The translations under genes were made by a program, and so were the position numbers. Of a stretch of 64,000 bases of DNA, positions 43,897 through 54,882 are shown one piece after another; position 1 is the stretch's first letter; each line of letters starts with the position of its first letter. Origin of the DNA: an uncultured bacterium (lineage in GTDB: Bacteria; Armatimonadota; Abditibacteriia; Abditibacteriales; Abditibacteriaceae); NCBI GenBank assembly GCA_963843795.1, contig CAWJLW010000006.1, positions 1 to 64,000 on the forward strand, in the 5' to 3' direction. The notes beneath the pieces are model-generated. The model saw only the letters and a list, made by a program, of their open reading frames with translations, was not told the DNA's origin and made no database searches.

Positions 43897-46800
43897 ATGA
43901 ACTTATCCAATGTACAGGCGCGGACAGCACGTATCAATTTTCTGGGAACTGTTATTCTGTGTAGTTTTTGTGGCAGGGTTTCCGCTCAGGAGGCTGCGGC
44001 ACCGACAGCAAGTGACACGACAACTCCGATGTGGAAAGCCATTGCCGAACGCCCCGTGGCACCGTTACATGGCACTGCTCAACTAGTCCGTGACGGCGGA
44101 AATTTGACCCTCGACACCACATGGAACCGGCCCTTCGAAGGAAAAATTTGGGTGGGTTTCGCGCAAGATGGCGCGTTATACGCATCTCAAAACCTGTCCA
44201 TCGCGAACGATAACAAACACCAATTGAGGTTGGCATTGCCAACCAACTTGCCCGCTGGGCACATCGACGTGCAGTGCGTGCCTCTGGCGCAACCGGTTGC
44301 GGAATCGGCCACATCCTCCTTTGAACTCGCTGCAAACGACGGCGACGCCAAAGCCTTCCCGCGCGCTTGGGGCATTTACCGTGATATCAATCTCGTTATG
44401 CACCCGTGGACGGTTTCCGCGGGCAACATGATGATGTGGGATGGAGAGCCTTACGTCCCTGTCGGAGGCATGGTCAACCTGCAGACTTCCTGGCTGACCA
44501 AAGCCGGTGAATCGGACCAGACCTCGGCCCAGTTCTACGGCTACAATTTCGCAAACGCCAAGTTCGATCTTCTCAAACAATACGGGCTGCGCGACATTTA
44601 TTTCAACGGTTTCTTCAAATTCTCGAATCCCAACGCCCTCAGCGGCACCGTCGGCATCGCCGAACAGAAGGGCATGCGCTACGGCATCAGCGTCGCGTCT
44701 TATCCAGACAATTATAATCTCGGTTTTCTTTCCAACGCCGCCCCAATCGACGTGCCCGCCACAGCAACGGGTGCTGAAATTCGCATTCCCATCGAAGCGG
44801 TCAAAGTCAAGGCGCAACATCGCTGCATCTGGGCACTGCTGAGCAGCGATGGGCAAATTTTGCAAACCGGCATCGGCACGTTCACCACACAGACCCAAAA
44901 AGACAAACCCGAGATGAAAGACTTAGTCCTCACCGCGCACTTCAACGCCGGCAGTAGCAAGAATAATCCGCGTATTAAAGGCAGCACCAATTCTCGACGT
45001 CTCATTTACAGCGCCGAACTGCCTATGAGCGGCTCGGACCCGACGGGCTTCTTCGATAGGTTCGACAAGTACTTGGCCGACCTCAAACAGGTTTATGGCT
45101 CTTTACCGCTGGGGCCGGGAATGCGTTGCTGGCTTGACCCTTTGGGTAACGAAGCGTTTGGCGACAAGCGCCAGTTGACGACCTCGCCCGTCTTTCGCGA
45201 CGGCTTTAAGCACTGGCTATTCGATAAATACAGCGATGTTTCCCAGCTCAACACGGCGTGGCAATCCGTCAAAAAACGCACGCCGCTTGCCAGCTTTGCC
45301 CAGGCCGCCGGTTTGGTGCCGTTCTACGAGCACGACGGCCAAGCTTTCTGGATGGAAGTCGAAACCGGAAAACTCTTTACCTTTTCGTCTGCCGGTTCCG
45401 AAGCTCTGCGCGATCTAACCCTTTACCGCGCTCAAGTCTCCCAACAATGCTTTAACCGCGTTGCCGACCTGCTGAAAACCATCGCCGATGTTCCGGTTAT
45501 CTGCAAACACAACACGTGGTTTAACGATTGGTTTGTGAATCCTCAAAAAGCGGGCGGTCTCGATGGCGTCGGTTATGAACCCTACGGCAACGGTGACAGC
45601 CTGATCTACCATAACGGCTTGGTTGCCTACGCTGAAGTCGCTGCTGCTGGCCGCAGTCAGTGGGCCGTCGTCACCGAAACCTCCCCTGCCGCATTTGATG
45701 GCCAGAAAAATTACGTGGGTTATGTGGACCGCATTCAGATGCTGGACGATTTTGACCAGCTCCTTAAAATCGGAGCCAAGGGTATTTACACTTTCGGCTT
45801 TGTTTTCGATCCCGGCTCGAATTTTCAAGTCACTGAACTGCTGCGCGACCCGCGACAGCTCGAATGGCTGGCGACCTACCAAAAAACCTTACAAGCCGCC
45901 GCGTCGCGTTTAGAGAACTATCGGCCCGAAGTCCACGGCTGGTATCCCGCGTACTTGCGAGAAAACGAAATTGTGCGCGCTCCGGTTGATTCGACTTTTG
46001 GAAGCCATGTGCCGAGTTACGGCATGGACGGGATGTATCTGGGAGTTGCTTCGCAAATCCGCATGGCGCCCGATGGCCGTTGGATTGTGCCGGCCTTTCG
46101 CCCCGATGCGAAGTGGAAAAGCGTGCTCTCCGCCGATAATTTGCTCACTCCCACCGAACGAAAGTTGCTGGCTGCAACTCGAGCGCAAACTCCTGTTGCA
46201 ATTCTGGGAGATAGAACAACACCTGTTGGGAAGAATACTTTTCCGCTCAACGGCTTCACGGCTAACGGTATCGGCGTCATTTCCAAAGCCCAAGCGGGCA
46301 TGACGCTCGATGAGTTTCGCCAAAAGGTGCTTGGTTATCGGGTGTTCCGCACTGCTGATGCTAACGGCCAAACTCTTCCCGATGGACGTGTGATGGTGTG
46401 GACCTGTGTCGAACGCGACCAGGCTACCCTCCAGTTGCCTAAGGCCACCACAGCCGTGAATATCCAGGGCGAAAGCGTCGTCACCACACCAAACGTAAAT
46501 GGAAACGTTTCTTTAACACTTACGCGTCCATCTTATGAACAATCTACCCAGCTTCCTCCGTACCTCAACGTTGGCTATTACTATCCGGACAAAGGTCAGT
46601 CTGAAGTCGTCATTCTTTCCGGTGTCAAAGTTGATGACATTCTGCGCTTGAATGCTCCCGACTGGCAGCGTTGGCTTCCCACTGGTGTTGAGGCGCAAAG
46701 CGTCGCCGTCTGGCAAGAAGCCGAAGAGCCGGTCGAAACGACTTTCGTTCAACCTCGCATCGAGGGTTATAGCCGCTACAGTGGTGCAGGTGCCATAGCT

Positions 46801-47232
46801 ATCAATACCCATTTCTCTCCACCCAAGGGCCAAGACTTCCACGCGTCATACAATGTAAATACTAACCAACCCGCCTCAAAAATCTGGATCCGCCGCATGA
46901 CGAGCCCTGCGATGGATTTAGAAGTATGGATTGACGGAAAAGAAATTGGGCTTTTGAAAGCCGATGCCGGAGCAGGTTCCGACTCCTATGAGCTCACTCC
47001 CTGGAACGCCGGTTTGGGCGCTGGTGGAGTCCATGTAGCTTGGTACTCAATACCGTTAGAACGCCTGCTGGCAGCCGGAACCCACACGGTGAAATTAGTG
47101 GCGCTTTCTTCTCAGAAGAGCAAGGCTGTTGATACCAAACTCCTGGGTGGGCAAGCAGAACACAAAGTACTTACAGAGAGCATCTCGAAAAATCAGGGCT
47201 TGCAAATTGATGTTGTGGCGCTCACCCGTTAG
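43897..47232 (+). CDS. Large secreted protein with a GH42-like (clan GH-A) domain and C-terminal CBM-like domain
   Basis: Signal peptide; MWDGEPYVPVG, LGNE, FKHWLFDKYSDVSQLNTAW, AVVTE. Confidence 0.6.
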   Translation: MNLSNVQARTARINFLGTVILCSFCGRVSAQEAAAPTASDTTTPMWKAIAERPVAPLHGTAQLVRDGGNLTLDTTWNRPFEGKIWVGFAQDGALYASQNLSIANDNKHQLRLALPTNLPAGHIDVQCVPLAQPVAESATSSFELAANDGDAKAFPRAWGIYRDINLVMHPWTVSAGNMMMWDGEPYVPVGGMVNLQTSWLTKAGESDQTSAQFYGYNFANAKFDLLKQYGLRDIYFNGFFKFSNPNALSGTVGIAEQKGMRYGISVASYPDNYNLGFLSNAAPIDVPATATGAEIRIPIEAVKVKAQHRCIWALLSSDGQILQTGIGTFTTQTQKDKPEMKDLVLTAHFNAGSSKNNPRIKGSTNSRRLIYSAELPMSGSDPTGFFDRFDKYLADLKQVYGSLPLGPGMRCWLDPLGNEAFGDKRQLTTSPVFRDGFKHWLFDKYSDVSQLNTAWQSVKKRTPLASFAQAAGLVPFYEHDGQAFWMEVETGKLFTFSSAGSEALRDLTLYRAQVSQQCFNRVADLLKTIADVPVICKHNTWFNDWFVNPQKAGGLDGVGYEPYGNGDSLIYHNGLVAYAEVAAAGRSQWAVVTETSPAAFDGQKNYVGYVDRIQMLDDFDQLLKIGAKGIYTFGFVFDPGSNFQVTELLRDPRQLEWLATYQKTLQAAASRLENYRPEVHGWYPAYLRENEIVRAPVDSTFGSHVPSYGMDGMYLGVASQIRMAPDGRWIVPAFRPDAKWKSVLSADNLLTPTERKLLAATRAQTPVAILGDRTTPVGKNTFPLNGFTANGIGVISKAQAGMTLDEFRQKVLGYRVFRTADANGQTLPDGRVMVWTCVERDQATLQLPKATTAVNIQGESVVTTPNVNGNVSLTLTRPSYEQSTQLPPYLNVGYYYPDKGQSEVVILSGVKVDDILRLNAPDWQRWLPTGVEAQSVAVWQEAEEPVETTFVQPRIEGYSRYSGAGAIAINTHFSPPKGQDFHASYNVNTNQPASKIWIRRMTSPAMDLEVWIDGKEIGLLKADAGAGSDSYELTPWNAGLGAGGVHVAWYSIPLERLLAAGTHTVKLVALSSQKSKAVDTKLLGGQAEHKVLTESISKNQGLQIDVVALTR

Positions 47233-47408
47233 TCAGAAGCGTATTCATCAAGCCACCGTTGAATAATGCAAATTGCCTCCTGGCCCGTCTCGCGACGTGA
47301 TCGACGATTTGCTCTTGAGCTTCGAACTGGGGCACTGCTGACTGTCTTCCCGAAAAATGGCCCAATTGCAGGGTTAACTGTCACACCAGATGAACTTATG
47401 AAAAGAGT

Positions 47409-49939
47409 CTATTTGACTAAGTTCTTAAAAGCGGATCCAAAAATTAAATACTGTGTGTTTCCACCAATTGTGCCCTCATTTTGACCCCACAAAAATGGCC
47501 AGTCATCGTAGTTTTCAAAGTGGTCAGGTTTTCTGAATAACAAGCCGGGAGCAACATTGCCTGGTATGGCCGAAAAATCAGCCCTGTTATTGCCGTAAAA
47601 AACAGCTTTGGGACGGGTCGCACCCACCGTTGCCACTAACGAATAATTATGATACGGATGGCAGCCATAGAGATAGTTGGCGGCTTTATAAGCATGGCTT
47701 TCGTCAATGATGTTCGGGAAATATTTACTGGCAAAGCAAACGGTGGTACCAAAGTTTGTCACCTCTCCGCTACCGGCCCAGTTACCAAGGCCAATCGGTA
47801 CTCCGTAAGGATTATTTTTTTCAAGGCCGTTGATATACTCTTTGTACTTCACGACATACGGGCGAAGCTTTTCTTTATAGGGTGCGTCCATGTGCGGTAT
47901 TGCATCTAAGGCGGTCAGCAGGACGAAATTCACGTTACGGTCCAGTGCGGGCCATAACAGTTGCTGAAATTTATTGAGGTATTGTTGCTCACCGGTGGAG
48001 ATGTACAGTTGAAGATTGGTGGAAATATCTGCACCGCCGCTCCTGCCTCCATTCTGCGGCCGGTTGGCAAGTAATTCCGTTGACTCTTTCAGCAGTCTTT
48101 TTGACTGTTGCAATGCTCTGGCCGAAAGATCGTCGTTATAACCCTTCAACGCCCGACTCGCTGCGGCAAACATCGTTGCTGCACGGAGATCGAGGCCGGG
48201 ATTACGGCTGGTAAACGCCCACATGTCATCCTTAACTCCGCTTGACCGGCCGTCAGCAGCGACTTCATAAGGGCCCAGGTTGGGATTGTAAGGCAGACCG
48301 TCTGTAATTGAGGCGGCATCGCCCAGGTGATGGTAATTGTCAAGAACCGAGTTGGAGAGCGTTTGTGTCATGTGTCCAACGATTTCTGCCTGGGCTACCA
48401 GGTTCAGGGTTCCGTGCTCGATAAACTGCAACACGTCGGGCGTTCCATCAGGCCGGTGAAGATCAACATAACGTTGCTTCTGGTCAACAAAAGTTTGATC
48501 GCGTAGGGGTTTAAAATATTCCCATGTTCTCACAAAGTTTTGCACTACGCTAATATTCGCCCCGGTCTCGATATCAAAATCTCCGGCATCGAAATAACCA
48601 CCCACGTTTAATCCGGGAATCAATTCGAGTGCTTTATACTTGGTATCGGTAGTTGGTCCCTGAGCATGCATGTCGAAGTGATCGGTGTTTGGCGGAGCCT
48701 GGCGATAACCTTCTTTAAAGGGTTCGCCATGCCATACCCGGTAAGCCTCGTTTACAAACATATGGTCCATATGTATCGGTATCCATATATCACTGGTGGC
48801 ATCGGTGATCTTATCGTAAACGTTATCTTGGATTAAGAAGTTATTGGTTTTAAGGCTTCCATACTGAATATAGTAGATGCCGGGAGTCTTGACGGAAGAA
48901 AAGTCGAATTTTACATAGTTGTATTTGAAATAGTTACCCCAGGGCGCAATGTTGCCGCTAAACACTTTTGTGGCTGTGCCGTCAGTCGCCGATTTTGTAT
49001 AACGACGAAGTTGCCAGTGGTTTGTCTTTCTTATCGAGTTCAATGACAGCAACTTTTGGTTGCGCAGGGAGATAGCCCACTTGCGAGAAACCGATATTGG
49101 GTTCCCGTATCCAACCATTAATCGCATTCGGTTCCACTGTCCAGGTCAACACCTTGCCTGTTTTTCCTGCCGGAAGTAGACTGCGCACGACAAACCAGCC
49201 ATTTTGTGCCAGTATACGCCCGTCGAAGAGCATCAGATCAGCGTCCTGCGAAGTAATTTTTACCAGGCGTGAAGGGTTCATCAGGTGCAAAGAGAAAGGT
49301 GCGCCCGGTTTCGAGCGGAAGCGGATCAATATATTTGCCGGTCCCTCTGTCGTCGGAAGTCTTATACCCCTTAAATTGCTTTGGTTTTTCGCTGTTAGGT
49401 CTCGTAATGGTGTTACCTACTACATAGCGCGGAAACCGGTTATAGCGCCCATCCACCAAATAGGCCTTCTGCCAGTATTGCGAAGGTAGAAACTCAAGAT
49501 TAAATCCGGCACTTCCCTCAAGTGCTTTGGGAACGGGTTTATCCAGGTAAACAGCTATCTCAACACCTTTACCCTTTGCCGTCACCACCACCCGCGAATT
49601 AAAATCGTAATCTTTATACCGCAACGTAGCCTCAATCGTTTTTGCGGCACGATCTACCTTTCGGTTGGATATATCAGGAACAAGATCCCACTGCTCCGGA
49701 GTATTGGAAAGTCTCACTGCGCCGCCTTGCGCTGTTCTTACGCCATGGTGAATCAATTCAATTCCCGCGTTCTTCTCATCGTTAAAACCTCCTGTAAAAA
49801 GGTTATTGTACACAAGCACATTGACGCCTTGCTTCTCGAAATACTCAAGATCATTGAGTTTCAAATCTTGGCCCAAAGCAGAATTGATTGAACCGAGTAG
49901 GGGTATGACTAAAACTGATAAAAATGTGAGTGTTTTCAT
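47409..49939 (-). CDS. GH9 family glycoside hydrolase split by two frameshifts (about 49260 and about 48990)
   Basis: Three overlapping ORFs; SQVGYLPAQPKVAVIE, DFSSVKTPGIYYIQY, GGYFDAGDF, ANYLYGCHP, QNEGTI. Confidence 0.85.
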
Positions 49940-50233
49940 GTGATTAGCGTCCTTGATGAAATCGATGGCAATTAACTAAAGATATCATACAGTCTAAAAC
50001 ACGTGGTCTTGTATCTTGAAAAGTCGGTAACATAATGCTTAAGTTGTGGTGTCGATGAGCATGGCAGACCCACGTGGCCAAGGTCACCAAGGTCGAGGCA
50101 GCTCTAATCGCCACGCTCCGATGAACTTGTCCCGATAAAGTGCACCGAAAGTGGCCCGATAGATAAGAGCATTTTCTATTTCACTAACCCGTCCCAAAAA
50201 ATAGCACCCTCCAAAAACCGTTACATATCCAGA

Positions 50234-50400
50234 TCACGATTCGCGCTGCACGCCGCGGCAGCGTTTGAGGAACTCTTCAACATCGCTTTTGCGAAAGCGC
50301 ATCGAACGCCCAGCGCCCGATGGTGTAATAAGGCAGCTCACCTCGCGACGCGCCATACGAGAGATGGTGGTCTGTTCGTTGCTGAATGCGACAGCGAAGA
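50234..50400 (-). pseudogene. Excisionase-like (HTH_17) remnant
   Basis: TISRMARRE...GRSMRFRKSDVEEFL. Confidence 0.5.
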
Positions 50401-50504
50401 CATCACCAAGGACTCGGAAGCTGATTTGAGCGCCCATCAAAGGACTTTAGCGCGGACAAACCAAGTAGAATCCCTTTGTCGGACAAATAACGAAGCCCGG
50501 GAGC

Positions 50505-51560
50505 ATGTCTCAAATGAAAATGCATCTATTCGAGTTCATCTTCAGCAGCCTGTTGTTCGTCGTACTGGCAACGAAGGGCACGTTCGTTTTGACCGCACCT
50601 GGTGCGCCATTGCATTTACCTGAGATGCCCTTGCATGATCCGTTCATCCTCGCGCACAAGGCCTCCCGCACCTACTACCTCTACACCGCGAACGTTCCCG
50701 CTATGACCGGTGTCCAGGGCATCGGCACCATGGCCTACAAATCCACAGACCTGCGCAATTGGGAGAAGCCCATCACGGTGTTTCTGATCCCGCCCACGTC
50801 CTTTGCACAGCGGGGCGCATGGGCACCCGAAGTTCACGAGTACAAAGGCCGTTACTATCTTTTTACCACCCTTCACAATGAGCAGAAGGTCATTTGGGCC
50901 CAGGCGCCATTTCCGACCTATGTCCGTGGGACAATTGTTGCGGTGAGTGACAGCCCTGAGGGACCGTTCCAGATGCTTAACGAGCAGGCTGCCGTACCAC
51001 CCGCCGATTTTATGACTCTGGATGGGACGCTCTATATCGATGAGGCAGGTAAGCCCTGGATGGTCTACGCCCACGAGTGGCTGCAAAGACTGGACGGGAC
51101 AATGGAAGCGGTGCCCCTAAAGCCCGATCTCTCGGCAGCCGATGGGCCTCCGATTCATTTATTTAGAGCCTCTGAAGCGTCCTGGCTCAGCAACTCGATT
51201 CAGCCAAGCGCCCGCAGCCTGACTTACGTAACTGACGGTGCCCAGATGTTTCGCACGCGCACAGGTCGTTTGCTGATGTTGTGGTCGAGTTACGAAAATG
51301 ACTCTTATGTTCAGACACTCGCTCGCTCAAAGAGCGGCCAACTCGCTGGACCCTGGGAACAATTGGAGCCGCTGGTCAAGGACGATTCTGGGCACGGCAT
51401 GCTTTTCCACACCTTTGAGGGCCAGCTGATGATGGTTCTCCACCGCCCCTTCAAAAACGCTCGGGGCAAACTCTATGAGATGGCCGACCAGGGAGATCGG
51501 GTTGGAGTTATCCGACAGCGCACCGATCTCGATGGCGACGCGCCAAAGCCCATCAAGTGA
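50505..51560 (+). CDS. GH43 family glycoside hydrolase
   Basis: LHDPFI, WAPEVH, TLDGTL, VYAHEW, VTDG, DSGHGMLF. Confidence 0.88.
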   Translation: MSQMKMHLFEFIFSSLLFVVLATKGTFVLTAPGAPLHLPEMPLHDPFILAHKASRTYYLYTANVPAMTGVQGIGTMAYKSTDLRNWEKPITVFLIPPTSFAQRGAWAPEVHEYKGRYYLFTTLHNEQKVIWAQAPFPTYVRGTIVAVSDSPEGPFQMLNEQAAVPPADFMTLDGTLYIDEAGKPWMVYAHEWLQRLDGTMEAVPLKPDLSAADGPPIHLFRASEASWLSNSIQPSARSLTYVTDGAQMFRTRTGRLLMLWSSYENDSYVQTLARSKSGQLAGPWEQLEPLVKDDSGHGMLFHTFEGQLMMVLHRPFKNARGKLYEMADQGDRVGVIRQRTDLDGDAPKPIK

Positions 51561-51682
51561 GAACAGCAAGACCTGTCACATTTCCGCACTTTTTTTTCGG
51601 GATCATTGTGAGTACTTTGAACTGCTTTCCTGCGCGTTGTGGCCCCCATTTCGGCTTGTGAGGGCGAGGCGATAGGGCCGTC

Positions 51683-51698
51683 CTGCAAGTACTTGCAG
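51683..51698. repeat. Palindrome copy CTGCAAGTACTTGCAG
   Basis: Exact core 51685-51696. Confidence 0.95.
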
Positions 51699-52086
51699 AA
51701 GACTTTTAAATGACTACTTGTCACAATATGCAGTGGTTGAATCACTTATCACACCGTGGTTGGTGGAAAGGGTTCAGGTTGTTCGTCAGCAATCCAGCAA
51801 ACACCAGGGCGTCCATTTCGGGGTATGAAATCACGATCGGTCGTTAATTTTAATCTTCGCTGAATCGCTGCTTCATTGGAGAATTTCGAGGGAAATTCTT
51901 CCGCTCTTTTGGTCCCCTGACAGGAGTAATGTCAGTGCCACCAGAGGGCGTTGTGAAGGAGTTTGGTTATGATTAGGCCCTGAAAAGTAGCGATCACGTG
52001 GGCTTTAGTTTTGCGCCTGATTCCCGCTACACCTGGCGGCATTCACCACGCGATGTTTCATAATGTGTAGCAAGGAGTATTCTGTG

Positions 52087-53529
52087 ATGGATAAACATTT
52101 CTCAATTTCGCGACGCAAATTTCTCAAGGGTTCTGCGGCCACCATCGCTGTGCCTTATATCATTCCGCACCAGGTTTTAGCGCAGGCGGCGCGACCCGGT
52201 GTCGAAGCCAAACCTGGAGCCAACGACCGCATCAATATCGGTGTTATTGGCACGGGCGGCATGGGCATGAACCACGTGCATCCCGGCACGGTCGCGTTAT
52301 GCGATGTGGATGCCAATCACTTGAATCTCGCCGCCCAAAAAGCAGGCGGCTCACCGTTTCTATGCAAAGACTACCGGCAGATGCTCGATCGCAAGGATGT
52401 CGATGCCGTTATGATTGCCACACCCGATCACTGGCACGCCATCATGACTGTCCACGCCTGTCAGGCTGGCAAAGATGTTTATTCGGAAAAGCCGACATGC
52501 CGCACGATTCGGGAAGGTCAGGCGATGGTGAACGCAGCACGGCGTTATAATCGTGTGGTGCAGATTGGAGCACAAGGCCGCTCGCATCCCGCTGCGCGCG
52601 CCGCCTGTCAGTACATTCGCAACGGTCAAATTGGCCAGGTCAAAAACGTCGAAATTTGGCATCCCAACAACTTTACCGGAGGCGGTTGGGGCGAGGAAAA
52701 GGAACCTCCGTCGAATCTCGATTGGAACTTATGGCTTGGGCCAGCCCGCTGGCGTCCCTATAACCCGCAGATCGCCCATTTCAATTTTCGTTGGATGATG
52801 GATTTTGGCGGTGGTTTCATCCGCGACCGGGGCAACCACATCCTCAGTCTCGTGATGTGGTGCCTGAATGCCGACCAAACCGGCCCGGTTTCCGTTGAGG
52901 CAACCGGAACGCGGGCCAAAGATACCGTGTGGGACGTGCCGGTTGAAATGGAAGCACGCTGGGAGTTCAAGAATCCCGATTGGACATTGACGTGGAGCCA
53001 ACCCGGCAAATCCCGCCCATTGCCCGGCAGCGATCAGCTCATTGACTGGGGTGCACAGTACTTCGGCGATCGTGACAGCCTTATCATCGTCAACGGCGAC
53101 GGCCATACGGACACCGAACCTAAAGCCAAAGAATATAAGCCGCCAGCTTACGGCACGCACATTTTTCAAAGCCCCGGCCATCGCGAAAACTGGATCGATT
53201 GCATTCGCACCCGTGACCGCCCCGTGATGCCTGTAGATGTTGGCCATCGAGTCATCACGCTGCCGATCATCGCCAATATCTCTTACCAGTTGGGTCGCAG
53301 CTTGAATTGGGACCCCGTGCGTGAACAGTTCATCGGCGACGACGAAGCCAACCGCTTTTTATGGCAGCCCTACCGTGCCCCGTGGTACATGAGAGCTTTG
53401 AATAAACGCCACAAGTTAAACGGATGGCAAAAGGCTGGCAAAGCGCATAAATCCAGACACATCGTGAAACGAAACCACCGAAGCCAAGCGCTTTTTGGTG
53501 GTTTCGTTTCACGGCAGGGTAGACGATGA
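52087..53529 (+). CDS. Tat-exported Gfo/Idh/MocA oxidoreductase (tail after PYRAPW may be a non-homologous extension)
   Basis: SRRKFLK, IGVIGTGGMG, IATPDHWH, GKDVYSEKP, LDWNLWLGPA. Confidence 0.92.
   Translation: MDKHFSISRRKFLKGSAATIAVPYIIPHQVLAQAARPGVEAKPGANDRINIGVIGTGGMGMNHVHPGTVALCDVDANHLNLAAQKAGGSPFLCKDYRQMLDRKDVDAVMIATPDHWHAIMTVHACQAGKDVYSEKPTCRTIREGQAMVNAARRYNRVVQIGAQGRSHPAARAACQYIRNGQIGQVKNVEIWHPNNFTGGGWGEEKEPPSNLDWNLWLGPARWRPYNPQIAHFNFRWMMDFGGGFIRDRGNHILSLVMWCLNADQTGPVSVEATGTRAKDTVWDVPVEMEARWEFKNPDWTLTWSQPGKSRPLPGSDQLIDWGAQYFGDRDSLIIVNGDGHTDTEPKAKEYKPPAYGTHIFQSPGHRENWIDCIRTRDRPVMPVDVGHRVITLPIIANISYQLGRSLNWDPVREQFIGDDEANRFLWQPYRAPWYMRALNKRHKLNGWQKAGKAHKSRHIVKRNHRSQALFGGFVSRQGRR
53463..53513. 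terminator. Long hairpin
   Basis: CGTGAAACGAAACCACC...GGTGGTTTCGTTTCACG-type stem (one G-U pair). Confidence 0.6.
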
Positions 53530-53995
53530 TCGATGTCTTTTTCTCAACACATCAATTCTGTGCACGGTCTTTCACCTGGAACTTGCCCCGTAATGTGGAC
53601 ATTTAGTTAAGCAAGGATTGACTGAAACCGATGCCCGCCGAGGAAATTTGGAAGCCAAGCGTTTATTGCGCGCAACGGCACCTGAAATCCTGCGCGCTCT
53701 CATGCGGTGCGCTCTCACGCGGCGTTTTCAACCGCCTTCTTCTTGAACATATTGGAAAGCGCTGTGAAAAGTTTGTCGACGGTAAAGACTTGCTGTCAGA
53801 TACCGCATTGACGCAAGCTCGTCGAAAACTGGTAGCGACCGCTGCTTCTAAAGAAGCCAGATGCCATCTTTAGGAGCAGCACGACTATTCCCCGGGCGCT
53901 CTGGGCAGAGGATTGTTGAACGGCCCGTTGCAATCTCAAAACGGCAACGCACTAGTTCTGTCGGATTGATCCTGTCGGAAGGATTCACTTGCTTT

Positions 53996-54556
53996 TATGG
54001 AGCTGCAACTCCCAAATCTAGATAGAATGCTCGGTTGACGTCATCAGCATTCAAAATTTGAATCTGGAAATCGCCCGTTTTATTGACCTTTAATGAATAC
54101 ATTGCGGGGTTTGCCATTAGATCATACGTGCACTTGACTTTGGAGTCACTGTGGGCGATTTCCTGTCGCTTTTTAAGGAAGCGCGCGACTTCTATTCTTT
54201 GAAACTAATCGTTCTATAACCGCGCGCCCTTTATTGACCTTTAATGAATACAGCTTGCCCGGAGTCACGGTTTTGCCATTCAGATCAATCAGCAACGTGG
54301 CACCCTTGACTTTGGGAGTCACTGTCAGGGCGATTTCCTGTCCGGCTTTGGCGTTGAAGACGAAGCGCTTGGCGCCGTTGGCCAGCACGGTTTTCTCCAG
54401 ATTGACTTCGATGATATCTTTGGAAAACTGAATGCGTTCGGAATCATTAGGAGCGGCCTGAGCGCCCGGTGTTGCTGCGGCAAACACACCAATGGCCATC
54501 ACAGCAGCCAGAACTTTTTTCACTGCGACAGAGCTTGACTTAATTTTTTGCATCAT
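53996..54556 (-). CDS. Secreted single-domain beta-sandwich (PPC-like) protein interrupted by a degraded internal duplication
   Basis: Paralogous to the C-terminal domain of 54883..55632; the true tail KTGDFQIQILNADDVNRAFYLDLGVAAP* lies at 53996-54080. Confidence 0.6.
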
Positions 54557-54882
54557 AAATCTCCTTGTTTATTGCCCGTATTCATTGCCCGATAACAACG
54601 GGGTTGCGGCTTTCTCGCTTGATTGACTTCACACTCGAATGTGAGCTACAGTTACTGTGAGCTATAGGTGATGTGTCAAAGCCAATCAACTATCGCCAAA
54701 GGCAGGCATGAGGCGTAGCGGATTTGGCGTTGGTGGCTCGGTTCACGTCGCCTAACCGTGCTGGCTAAAAACGGTATTGAAATGCAAGGGTGTGTTTGTG
54801 TTGGCGGTCTTGTAAATCTCGATGATGTGATATTTGCTCTGAGTTTGATAGTTGGTGCCGGTTAGGCGCATAACGTCTGCCT

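Noticed and set aside
53570..53960. Possible IS or gene remnant
   Set aside because: Only an IS3-like end motif near 53577 is suggestive; translations give no assignable family.
53996..54350. Diversity-generating retroelement TR/VR pair
   Set aside because: Differences are deletions rather than adenine-specific substitutions, and there is no reverse transcriptase in the window.
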